From an uncultured archaeon (GTDB taxonomy: Archaea > Iainarchaeota > Iainarchaeia > Iainarchaeales > VGJJ01): a DNA stretch of 64,000 bases. The translations under genes were made by a program, and so were the position numbers. The stretch lies in contig CAYRUV010000001.1 of assembly GCA_964427715.1 (NCBI GenBank), positions 34,552 to 98,551 on the forward strand. The letters are read 5' to 3'. Under the pieces are notes generated by a model. It worked only from the letters and a program-made list of their open reading frames with translations. It was not told the origin of the DNA and searched no databases. Shown piece after piece: positions 37,317-45,805 of this stretch; position 1 is the stretch's first letter, and each line of letters begins with the position of its first letter.

Positions 37317-38066
37317 TTATCCGAGGGAATAGCTCACGCGGATAATGCCTTTCTTGGATGTTATTTTGGTGACGTGGACAAGTCCTATTTCTTTGGTGTT
37401 CTCCACATGGGTCCCTCCGCAGGGGCATCCTTTGCTTCCGGAGAGAGTTATCACTCTCACGGGTTTTCCATCGGGTAGATAATCGGGGGTGAATCCACAC
37501 AGCTCATGGACATTTTCTTTCTCCACGATTTGTTTCTTCACGGGTGTGTGTTGGTGGAGAAGGTGATTGGTTTTTTGCTCGAGCATTTTTCGAAAAGGTT
37601 CGATTTCCTCAGGAGTTATTTCTGCTTCGTATTCCACGTAGGGTCCTTCCGGAAAGTGGTATCCTTTTCCGGCGACCCAATTTTTCCTGAAAGATTCGAC
37701 TGCAACATCTATTAGGTGTCCAGCCGAGTGGAGTCGGGCATTCAGTCTTCGTCGTGTTTCGTCTATTTTTAGGAGGACGTTTTCTCCAATAGAGAAAGCG
37801 CCGTGTTCAATCGTTCCAATGTGATGAACGATTCCCTCTTTCATTCTTACTTCACTCACGCGGAACCTTCCTTGTGAGTGGTGGATAGTTCCCACGTCAT
37901 AGGGTTGCCCTCCTCCTTGAGGGTAGAATATGGTTTGATCTAAGATGAGGGTTGTTTTTCCTTCCAGGGTGGAAAGAATATCAACAATTTTTCCGGTGGA
38001 TTCGAATTGGTAGGTGTTTTCGAAGTAATCTAACTTGGTTGCAATGGTCATTCTACCCATGGCCAT
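37317..38066 (-). CDS. alaX: Alanyl-tRNA editing protein AlaX
   Basis: TIFYPQGGGQ, HSAGH, CGGTH. Confidence 0.92.
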   Translation of the reverse strand: MAMGRMTIATKLDYFENTYQFESTGKIVDILSTLEGKTTLILDQTIFYPQGGGQPYDVGTIHHSQGRFRVSEVRMKEGIVHHIGTIEHGAFSIGENVLLKIDETRRRLNARLHSAGHLIDVAVESFRKNWVAGKGYHFPEGPYVEYEAEITPEEIEPFRKMLEQKTNHLLHQHTPVKKQIVEKENVHELCGFTPDYLPDGKPVRVITLSGSKGCPCGGTHVENTKEIGLVHVTKITSKKGIIRVSYSLG

Positions 38067-38079
38067 GAGGGGATGCTCA

Positions 38080-38376
38080 TTAAAGCATATCACGGAGTCT
38101 CTGATTGATCATTCCAAGTCGTGCACTGGCAGTATTCAATTGCATGACTGCATTTTCTCGGAGAGTTTGATTGGTCGTCTTTCCTTGGTGTCGGGCAATG
38201 TCCAATGCTCGGAGCGTTTCTTGGGCTGTTTTAATTTCTTTTTTGAGCTTTTGTACTTCCCTTTCGTATCCGGCTCTCAATCGTTGGATGTTTTCGCGCA
38301 GTTGTTTGTTTTTTCGCGCCTGCTCAATGTTTCTGTTTTTGAAATGTCGTCGTTCTCCAGGTCTACCTTTAGGCAT
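38080..38376 (-). CDS. Small basic coiled-coil hypothetical protein
   Basis: 98-aa ORF beginning MPKGRPGERRH; TATA-like element upstream. Confidence 0.55.
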   Translation of the reverse strand: MPKGRPGERRHFKNRNIEQARKNKQLRENIQRLRAGYEREVQKLKKEIKTAQETLRALDIARHQGKTTNQTLRENAVMQLNTASARLGMINQRLRDML

Positions 38377-38429
38377 ACGGGGTAATTTTTTTGGATGTAT
38401 AAAAAGAGTAAGGATTGGAAAAAGGAGAG

Positions 38430-38501
38430 TAGCCCCGGGCAGAGTCGAACTGCCCCCTCCACCATGTCAAGGTGGCATCCTAGCCGATAGACAACGGGGC
38501 C
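38430..38501 (-). tRNA. tRNA-Val(GAC)
   Basis: Acceptor GGCCCCG/CGGGGCT; anticodon arm CCACC-TT-GAC-AT-GGTGG; GTTCGA T loop; A73. Confidence 0.93.
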
Positions 38502-38544
38502 GTGCTACTCCATGAAAGGGCTGGGGAAAGCATTTAAGGGAAAT

Positions 38545-39210
38545 CTATGGGTGGCCCCCCCGTGAGAGGAGGTGTTGCTGGATGGCTCGCTTGACTGCAG
38601 GGGTTGCGTTTTGGATGGCCATTCGCACATACCTGGGTTGGCGTCTCGGGTCCGGTTCGACGAAATGAATGTATTCCATCAGTTTCTCGACCCTGTATCG
38701 AATGTCCTCTCGGAGGGGCCGTTCGAATAGACTGTGGATGTCGATCGGAATGGCTCCCTTTCGTTGATCGTGAAACGGTTCGATGATGTCTTCGACAGGA
38801 GAAAATCCTGCATTCGTAATCCGCGTGGCTTGTATGATGGCGTCGCGTTTGGCATGGGGGTGTTTGAAGAATATTCCTCCGAGTCGGCTTCCTTTTTCGG
38901 TAGATCCGTATAGTTGGGTGACCAGCACCCATTCTCCGGCAGGGGTTTTTATCATTCCCATTTTGGGGATGGACACTCTGGCCTCATAGAGTCGTTGGAT
39001 GATTTTTTGGTATCGGGCTGCCTGTACGTCGTTGAGCGGGGTGTGGAATTTTTTCACGGCGACTCGTTGTCTTTTTCTTCCTGCGAATCGTATTCGTCCG
39101 GCGAACACGTGCCCATCTTTGCCGGTTCCAATTGGGAAGTGGGGTTGGGTGGATAATGATTGAACGTCGGCTGCGGTTCGGAGGGGTCGGCGTGGGGTGC
39201 TCTTTTTCAT
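38545..39210 (-). CDS. Atypical protein-kinase-like protein with an Arg/Pro-rich leader
   Basis: IGTGKDGHVF glycine loop and VAVKKF; no clear HRD or DFG. Confidence 0.6.
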   Translation of the reverse strand: MKKSTPRRPLRTAADVQSLSTQPHFPIGTGKDGHVFAGRIRFAGRKRQRVAVKKFHTPLNDVQAARYQKIIQRLYEARVSIPKMGMIKTPAGEWVLVTQLYGSTEKGSRLGGIFFKHPHAKRDAIIQATRITNAGFSPVEDIIEPFHDQRKGAIPIDIHSLFERPLREDIRYRVEKLMEYIHFVEPDPRRQPRYVRMAIQNATPAVKRAIQQHLLSRGGHP

Positions 39211-39244
39211 TTCAATGAGTAGGGGTCGTGCAATAAAATGGATT

Positions 39245-40261
39245 CTATGGCTGGAGCATCGGCAGCCCTTTCGTGGGGTTGTTTTTTCCCTTTCCTAATT
39301 GGTTAATCTGAAACGGATTGAGGGGGGTGTTTGTTTTCGTTGCGCGGATGCGTTCTTCGTATTGACACGCTTGACAGGTGGGTTGCGAGCTGAGGTCTCC
39401 ACATTTTTCGCAAAGCTGGAGGTTTCCTTCCTCTTCCAACGCGTTCAGGTGGGGTTTCATTTTGAGGAATGCGCGGATGATGGAGAATTTGGTTCCGGGT
39501 TTCTTCATTTCCATCTGATCCATCATTCCTCGGTAGATGTTTCGGTCTGCGCCGTGGGAAAAAGGACAGCATGCCTCGTTGTAGTGGGGGTATTGCTTGA
39601 GCTGGGCGAATAGTTCCACTTCTTCCTCGGGGGAGTTGTATAAGGGTTTCACGCGCGGAACCCATTCCTTTACTTTGCGTGTTTCCACTTTAGGTCCCAA
39701 TCGGATGAATTTTTCCATTCGGTCGTTGAAGAAGTTCATGCATATGCTCTGGGCTTCATCATCCAGGTTGTGTCCCGTGACCAATTTCGTGGCGCCCATT
39801 TCTCGTGCGGCCGCATTTAAGTATTTTCTCCGGAATACGCCGCAAAACGTGCATGAGTTTTCTTTCCATTTGTTTTCGTGTGTTTTTTGCACGATTTCCT
39901 GCATGCTGCTTCCAATTTCATCTTTGAGTTTGACAATTTTGTATTCGATGTCTAATTGCTTGTAGTTTTTCACGGCTTCTTCAATCGCGAGGTTGCGGTA
40001 TCCGTCAATCCCTTCATCGATGGAGATTCCCACGATTTTATTTCGGGGCATGATGTTGCGCACGAGGTTGAGTGCGACCACGGAGTCTTTTCCTCCCGAA
40101 ACTGCCACGGCGATGGTGTCTTTCACGTCAAACAATTGGTGCATTCTCGTGAGTCCTCTCACGCGGTGCTCGAAGAAGTATTCGAAGTGTTCCTGGCAGA
40201 GGGAATGGGGTCCGTAGGCCAATCGAATAATGGCTTCCTTTCCGCATCGATCGCAGTTCAT
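39245..40261 (-). CDS. tRNA 2-thiolation protein (TtuA/Ncs6 family)
   Basis: N- and C-terminal zinc fingers, SGGKDS, CTFCGVFRR, TGHNLDDE, CP. Confidence 0.92.
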   Translation of the reverse strand: MNCDRCGKEAIIRLAYGPHSLCQEHFEYFFEHRVRGLTRMHQLFDVKDTIAVAVSGGKDSVVALNLVRNIMPRNKIVGISIDEGIDGYRNLAIEEAVKNYKQLDIEYKIVKLKDEIGSSMQEIVQKTHENKWKENSCTFCGVFRRKYLNAAAREMGATKLVTGHNLDDEAQSICMNFFNDRMEKFIRLGPKVETRKVKEWVPRVKPLYNSPEEEVELFAQLKQYPHYNEACCPFSHGADRNIYRGMMDQMEMKKPGTKFSIIRAFLKMKPHLNALEEEGNLQLCEKCGDLSSQPTCQACQYEERIRATKTNTPLNPFQINQLGKGKNNPTKGLPMLQP

Positions 40262-40356
40262 GTAGGATGGTTCCCTTCACGAGGCTTAAAAACAGTCTTG
40301 GACCGCCCCTGCGTGGGAGGGGTGGAATTAATATACTCCTTTCTCGCGTTGCCTGG

Positions 40357-41181
40357 ATGACATCAACCAAATCATCCAAAACAACAAAGAGTGAATCCAA
40401 AGGAAGTACGTCATTTTCCTCCATCCCCTCGGCTGGGTGGATTGCATTGGTGGTGGTCGGGGTGGGTCTCTTGTTCCTTCTCTCTTCCTCGACTCCTGCA
40501 CCCGTGGCGGAAGTCCCGGTGGTCCCGGTGGCTCCGACGGTTCCAACCACTCCCACGGTTCCATCCTCTCCTACTCTTCCGTCGAATTTGTACACGCTGA
40601 GCATCTCTCCTGAATCGCCTAAAGCTGGGGATGATGTGACGGTGACGGCGGTTGTGAAGTCGGGATATGAAGACATGTCGGGCGTGTTTCCGTTTGAGTT
40701 AGGAGCGCGTCAGTTTGGGAATTGGCAGACGCAGTCATGTGAGGATTCTCCCTGCACGCTAACTCTTTCCAGCGTCTCGACGGGAAACCTCGAGTATCGT
40801 GCGATTCGATTCGTGGATGAGGGCGGTTCTTTCCAGCAGGTTTTGGATGGTCAATACTCTACTACCGTTCAGTCAACGGGTCAGACGGGGGACACGTTGG
40901 GTCCTAAGGTCGTGGTGTTCTTCGAGCCCGCCAAGCCTAAGGATGGGGTTGCTGTAGAAGTGACGGCGTCCGTGGAGGACATTTCTTCCGTGACGAAGGT
41001 CGAGATTTACGTGGATGATGTGTTGCGTAAAACCTGTCCCCAGAAGGTCAAAATTGCCCTCTGTAAGGTCACGGTCTCCGATTTAGATGTGGGCCCCCAT
41101 GCGTTCTATGCAAAAGCCTGGGATGCCTTTGACAATCTCACGACGTCCGATATGGATACGTTCGTGGTGGAGTCCTCCTAA
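40357..41181 (+). CDS. Membrane-anchored protein with two Ig-like domains
   Basis: TM helix, Pro/Thr linker, SPESPKAGDDVTVTA and EPAKPKDGVAVEVTA repeats. Confidence 0.8.
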   Translation: MTSTKSSKTTKSESKGSTSFSSIPSAGWIALVVVGVGLLFLLSSSTPAPVAEVPVVPVAPTVPTTPTVPSSPTLPSNLYTLSISPESPKAGDDVTVTAVVKSGYEDMSGVFPFELGARQFGNWQTQSCEDSPCTLTLSSVSTGNLEYRAIRFVDEGGSFQQVLDGQYSTTVQSTGQTGDTLGPKVVVFFEPAKPKDGVAVEVTASVEDISSVTKVEIYVDDVLRKTCPQKVKIALCKVTVSDLDVGPHAFYAKAWDAFDNLTTSDMDTFVVESS

Positions 41182-41258
41182 GGGGTTTTTTCCCCTTCCG
41201 AGGTCATTTCGGACCGGGAAAAGGTCATTTTAAAAGCGTTTCCCGGGGCCTTTCACCT

Positions 41259-41876
41259 ATGACGTTCGCCAAACGGATCCAAGAGACGATCCAAAAGGAA
41301 TGGGCCCGAGCTCCTTCAGTGGAGGGGGGCACGGATTATGGTTTGCAGTTCCGCAGCCGCATGATGGATTATCGTTCCGTCTCGGAAGCCGTGATTAAGG
41401 TCGAGAAGCCCTTCAACATTTCCCGCGCCCGCGCGTTAGGCTACAAGGCCAAGCCCGGTATCTCGGTGGCGCGTGTTCGTATCCGCCGAGGCGGAGGGTT
41501 GTTTTTGCGTGCGAAGCGTGCGCGAAAACCCAAGCGTATGGGAATTCACTCGATGACCCGCAAGAAAGGCGTTCAAGTCATGGCGGAGGAGCGCGCGCAG
41601 CGAAAGTTCCCCAACATGGAAGTCATGAACTCCTACAAGGTTGGAGTGGACGGAAAGAATCACTATTACGAAGTCATCTTGGTGGATCCTCGCAGTCCTT
41701 CCATTTTAGCGGATAAGGACCTGAAGTGGATCGCCGAGCCCCAGCACGGTGGTAGAGTGTTCCGAGGAAAGACCTCGGCCGGACGAAAGTCCCGCGGATT
41801 GGCCAACCCGGCGGGTGCGCGAGGAACGGAGAAGATTCGTCCTTCTTTGCGTGCGAACAAGCGACAGGGACACTAA
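41259..41876 (+). CDS. rpl15e: 50S ribosomal protein eL15
   Basis: RARALGYKAKPG, AEERAQRKFPN, YEVILVDP, GKTSAGRKSRGL. Confidence 0.96.
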   Translation: MTFAKRIQETIQKEWARAPSVEGGTDYGLQFRSRMMDYRSVSEAVIKVEKPFNISRARALGYKAKPGISVARVRIRRGGGLFLRAKRARKPKRMGIHSMTRKKGVQVMAEERAQRKFPNMEVMNSYKVGVDGKNHYYEVILVDPRSPSILADKDLKWIAEPQHGGRVFRGKTSAGRKSRGLANPAGARGTEKIRPSLRANKRQGH

Positions 41877-41954
41877 GGGTTTCTTTTCCTTGGTGTTTGC
41901 TCTCTTTTTTCCGAGACCATCATTCAATTAAACGCAAGAGTGGGGTGATAGTCC

Positions 41955-42488
41955 ATGGACTTCATTCATCCTTCCGCAGTGTCCGGACGAGAGTCTCCCT
42001 CGTTTGTTATTCATGAGTCCACGGCTCATTATTCTCAGACTTCATTTCCTCTCCACACGAAAGTCGTTTTTCTTCCCTCCTTGGATCGCACCGAGTTGCA
42101 GCGGTGTGCGTCGCAGAAGATTCCGTGTATGGTTTCCATTCATTCGCTTTCGAATGCATTCGAGTTGTTGAAGGTTTCCGGTCTGCGTTTTGTTCACGTG
42201 AACCTGAACGGCCCCCCCTTGGTTGATTATGCGTGGATGTCGGGGGCTAAGACCAACAATTTGGAAGTGGTTTTTTCCCTGGAGAATCTGCAGGAGGCGT
42301 TTCACCAAAAGAATGTGAATAGTTTGCAGGAATATCGTAAAGTGGCGCGGCTGCTTTCCAAGTCTCGCATTCCCTTACATGTGGGAAGTTTTTCTCGTGA
42401 TGCAGAGGGAATATTGTCGCGCGCGGAGCAGCGTTCGTGGAACACGTACCTTGGACATGTTTCAACTGAGAAGGAGGGGCGTACATGA
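41955..42488 (+). CDS. RNase P protein Rpp30-like, highly divergent
   Basis: Syntenic position between eL15 and Pop5; weak similarity (VDY..M..AK.NN..V.FS). Confidence 0.5.
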   Translation: MDFIHPSAVSGRESPSFVIHESTAHYSQTSFPLHTKVVFLPSLDRTELQRCASQKIPCMVSIHSLSNAFELLKVSGLRFVHVNLNGPPLVDYAWMSGAKTNNLEVVFSLENLQEAFHQKNVNSLQEYRKVARLLSKSRIPLHVGSFSRDAEGILSRAEQRSWNTYLGHVSTEKEGRT

Positions 42489-42847
42489 AGAACCAAAAAA
42501 AATACGTCTCCACACTTCCTCTTTCGTTGCGCGGGAAGAAACGCTACGTGTTGGTTTCCATTCATCCCTTTGCAGGGTTGGAAAAATCACAGGTCGAAAA
42601 GTCGTTCTTTCATCATCTCTTGTATGCATTCGGGGTGTTGGGTCTTCCCTTGTTGCGATACAAGTTCGTAGGCTTCAATCCCTCGAATGGGTTGGTCTTG
42701 TTGAGGGTCTCCCACACGAAAACGAGCAAGGTGGTGGCCTCCTTGACATTGCTTACGACGATCCACACCACTCCCGTCATGGTTCGTTCGCGTAGGGTTT
42801 CGGGTTCCCTAAAGTCCCTGCGTCCGGTGTTCCAACAGAAAGCCTAA
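42485..42847 (+). CDS. RNase P protein Pop5/Rpp14
   Basis: LRGKKRYV, FGVLG, RVSGSLKSL. Confidence 0.85.
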   Translation: MKNQKKYVSTLPLSLRGKKRYVLVSIHPFAGLEKSQVEKSFFHHLLYAFGVLGLPLLRYKFVGFNPSNGLVLLRVSHTKTSKVVASLTLLTTIHTTPVMVRSRRVSGSLKSLRPVFQQKA

Positions 42848-42951
42848 TGGTTGGGTCCCAGACGCTTCTTTATAAAGTATTCATGCTTCTTAGTGTTGCG
42901 GATTTGCAACGAATAGCGCGGTTTTCCGTTTAGTTTGGGAGTGTGATACTA

Positions 42952-43701
42952 ATGTATCCCGGTTCTTCGGCCAAAAGTGCAGCATACGATCGATCAGCCA
43001 CGATGTTCAGCCCGGATGGGCGATTATATCAAGTAGAGTACGCTTCTAAAATCGTCCAACAGGGGACGACGGGCGCAGCTTGTATTTACAAGAATGGAGT
43101 TGTTTTCGGAGCCGATAAGAACATCACGTCCAAGTTGATGCTTCCGGATTCCGTGGAGAAATTATTCAAAGTCGACGATCACATCGGAGCGGTCTCCGCC
43201 GGTTTGGTTGGAGACGCTCGCCGGCTCATCCAGGGTGCGCGTGCCAAGGCCCAGGAAAATATCATGTATTACGATGAGCCCATTCACGTGGAAACGCTTG
43301 CAAAGGATATTTCGGGAAACATGCAAGTCGTCACCCAATACGGTGGGATGCGTCCGTTTGGTGTTTCATTTATTTTAGGTGGCGTGGACGAAACGGGTCC
43401 TCGCTTGTTCGAAACCGAACCTTCCGGCGCTTTAGCGGAGTATGTCGCGGTGGCCGTGGGACAAGGTCGTAAGGAAGCGATGGAATTTTTTGAGAAGAAT
43501 TTCCAGTCCAACTTCACGCGTGAACAAGCGGTAAAATTAGTATTTGCAGCCCTGGAGCAGGGTCTTCCTAAGAACCAGCGCTTGAGCCTGGATCGGGTGG
43601 ACTTCGGCTACGTGGACAAGGAAAAGCCCTTTGCTCGGATGGACAAGAACGAACTGAAGGCCGTGGTGGTCGGAAAGGGTTCTTCGAGCGAATCAAAGTA
43701 G
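42952..43701 (+). CDS. psmA: Proteasome alpha subunit
   Basis: YDRSATMFSPDGRLYQVEYA, RPFGVS. Confidence 0.96.
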   Translation: MYPGSSAKSAAYDRSATMFSPDGRLYQVEYASKIVQQGTTGAACIYKNGVVFGADKNITSKLMLPDSVEKLFKVDDHIGAVSAGLVGDARRLIQGARAKAQENIMYYDEPIHVETLAKDISGNMQVVTQYGGMRPFGVSFILGGVDETGPRLFETEPSGALAEYVAVAVGQGRKEAMEFFEKNFQSNFTREQAVKLVFAALEQGLPKNQRLSLDRVDFGYVDKEKPFARMDKNELKAVVVGKGSSSESK

Positions 43702-43794
43702 TAGAGTCAACACACCACGCGCGGAGTAAAGTATTTTTCCGCGGATTGCGCATGATGGAAAATTCCCTGCGCCTAATATGGGTTGGAATACAAT

Positions 43795-44499
43795 ATGGTG
43801 AAATTGGAAGAGGCAGTTATTGCCCGCTACACGAAGGAAGGAAAGTCGTTTGAATTACTCGTCGATCCGGATTTAGCGTTGAAGATGAAGCGCGGTCAGT
43901 CCGTGAGTATTAACGACTTAGTGGCCACGGATACGATTTATTCGGACGCGAAAAAGGGAGATGAGGCCAAAGAAGGAGATGTGAAGAAGACCTTCGGCAC
44001 ATTGGACATCCAGGAGATTGCCCCCAAAATAGTAAAAGAGGGAGAAGTCCAGTTGACTACGGAGCAGCGCCGACAATTAAGGGAAGAAAAACGAAAGATG
44101 ATTGTTGATTTCATTGCGCGGAATGCCATGAACCCTCAGACCGGGGCTCCCCACCCGCCTTTACGAATCGAGAACGCCCTAGCGGAGTTAAAGGTCCAGG
44201 TGGATGAGTTCAAGGACGTGAGTGCGCAGGTCAATGAGATCCTGCCCAAGTTACGCCGGTTATTGCCCATTTCCATGGAAAAGATCCAGGTGGCCATCCG
44301 GGTTCCCGTGAGTTTTGCCTCTCCGGCTTTAAACGTGTTGCATAAGTATGAGCTTAAGACGCAGGAATGGCAGAACGACGGTAGCCTGATCGCGGTCATC
44401 GAAGTGCCGGGCGGGATGAAGCAGGAATTGTTCGACAAGCTGAACCACCTCTCCCACGGCCAGATCACCACCAAACTGCTGGATAAGCCGGTCGCGTGA
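43795..44499 (+). CDS. Ribosome maturation protein SBDS/Sdo1
   Basis: FELLVDP, GEVQLTTEQRR, NPQTGAPHPPLRIE. Confidence 0.95.
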   Translation: MVKLEEAVIARYTKEGKSFELLVDPDLALKMKRGQSVSINDLVATDTIYSDAKKGDEAKEGDVKKTFGTLDIQEIAPKIVKEGEVQLTTEQRRQLREEKRKMIVDFIARNAMNPQTGAPHPPLRIENALAELKVQVDEFKDVSAQVNEILPKLRRLLPISMEKIQVAIRVPVSFASPALNVLHKYELKTQEWQNDGSLIAVIEVPGGMKQELFDKLNHLSHGQITTKLLDKPVA

Positions 44500-44547
44500 A
44501 ACACGAAAGGAAAAACTGACACTTTACTCAAAGGAGTGAGAAAAAAC

Positions 44548-45750
44548 ATGACGAAAGAAATCGTGGTGCCTGGAGAACTGTTGAGCACCGAGAACAAGCA
44601 ATTGGGATCGCACACGTTTGCGGTCGGAGAGAAAATATTCGCGGACTGTTTAGGGATCCGCAATGAGTCGGACGACCGCGTGTCGGTTGTTCCGTTGCGC
44701 GGGAAATATGTTCCCGTGGAGAACGACGTCATCATTGGCGTGGTAAAGAATGAGAAGTTTGCGGGATACGATGTGGAGATTAACTCCTTCTATTCCTCGT
44801 TTGTGAATAAGCAGGACTTGCGCACCCCCTTGAAGGTGGGTTCGATTATTTCTGCGAAAGTGGTGAAAGTGAACGAGCTGAATGAAGCCGACATTGGGAT
44901 GGTTCGCCCCCTGAGTGATGGGGATATTGTGACCGTCACCGCGGTAAAAGTTCCTCGCGTCATCGGGAAGAACGCGTCCATGTTGAACGCCATCAAGAAT
45001 GGCTCCGGTTCCAACATCATGGTGGGACGAAACGGTTTGGTGTGGATCAGCGGCGGAAACTCTCGCCTGGCTATTGATGCCGTGCAGCGGATCGAGGATT
45101 ATTCGCATGTGGATAATTTGACGCATGACATTCAATCCTTCCTCGCCGCGAAGAGCGGTCAAGGAATGCCGGACACGCGCGGTCCGAGCAATGAAGAGGC
45201 CTTTGGAACGGATGATGGTTCCTTCGGTCGACGCGAACGCGGTGGATTCGGCGGTCGCGGAGGACGCGGTGGCTTTGGCGGTGGCCGTGGCGGATCCGGT
45301 GGGTTCGGCGGGCGCAGCGGAGGATTCGGCGGCGGGGATCGCGGTCGAGGAGAATTCCGTCCGCGTAGCAACATGGGAGGCAGTTCCATGGGTGGACGCG
45401 ACCGAGGATTCGGGGGAGGAAATAGAGATCGCGGCTTCGGTGGAGGAAACCGAGACCGGGGATTTGGCGGAGACCGAAACGGTGGAGATCGCCCGCAAGG
45501 GGGTTTTCGTCCTCGTTTCAGCGACCGTCGATTAGGAGGGGGGGATCGCGACATGGATCACTTCCGTCCCAATCGCAGCTTCGGGCAGCAGTATGATAAT
45601 CCTGCCTCGGAGGGGTTTGGCAATTCAGGCCCTCGAATGGGAAATAGGGATCGCAATGGTGGAGATCGCGGGAATGATCGCGGCTTCGATCGACGTAAAC
45701 GTTTTCCGCGCGATCACGTGCGCGGGGATGAGGATCCTTCGTTCGAGTAA
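44548..45750 (+). CDS. rrp4: Exosome subunit Rrp4 with a long RGG-rich C-terminal extension
   Basis: VVPGE, S1 domain (GKYVP..NDVIIG), KH domain (KVPRVIGKNASM, VGRNGLVWI). Confidence 0.93.
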   Translation: MTKEIVVPGELLSTENKQLGSHTFAVGEKIFADCLGIRNESDDRVSVVPLRGKYVPVENDVIIGVVKNEKFAGYDVEINSFYSSFVNKQDLRTPLKVGSIISAKVVKVNELNEADIGMVRPLSDGDIVTVTAVKVPRVIGKNASMLNAIKNGSGSNIMVGRNGLVWISGGNSRLAIDAVQRIEDYSHVDNLTHDIQSFLAAKSGQGMPDTRGPSNEEAFGTDDGSFGRRERGGFGGRGGRGGFGGGRGGSGGFGGRSGGFGGGDRGRGEFRPRSNMGGSSMGGRDRGFGGGNRDRGFGGGNRDRGFGGDRNGGDRPQGGFRPRFSDRRLGGGDRDMDHFRPNRSFGQQYDNPASEGFGNSGPRMGNRDRNGGDRGNDRGFDRRKRFPRDHVRGDEDPSFE

Positions 45751-45805
45751 TTAGAGGAATTTGACGATCAACAAAAAAAACAAAAATGAAAAGGTGAATG
45801 ACACT

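Noticed and set aside
33740..38520. att-like duplications of the tRNA-Ala or tRNA-Val 3' ends
   Set aside because: No convincing second copy found by eye near the adjacent orphan genes
43702..43794. Two short hairpins between psmA and the SBDS gene
   Set aside because: Stems of only 5-6 bp with no complete C/D or K-turn motif; could be chance
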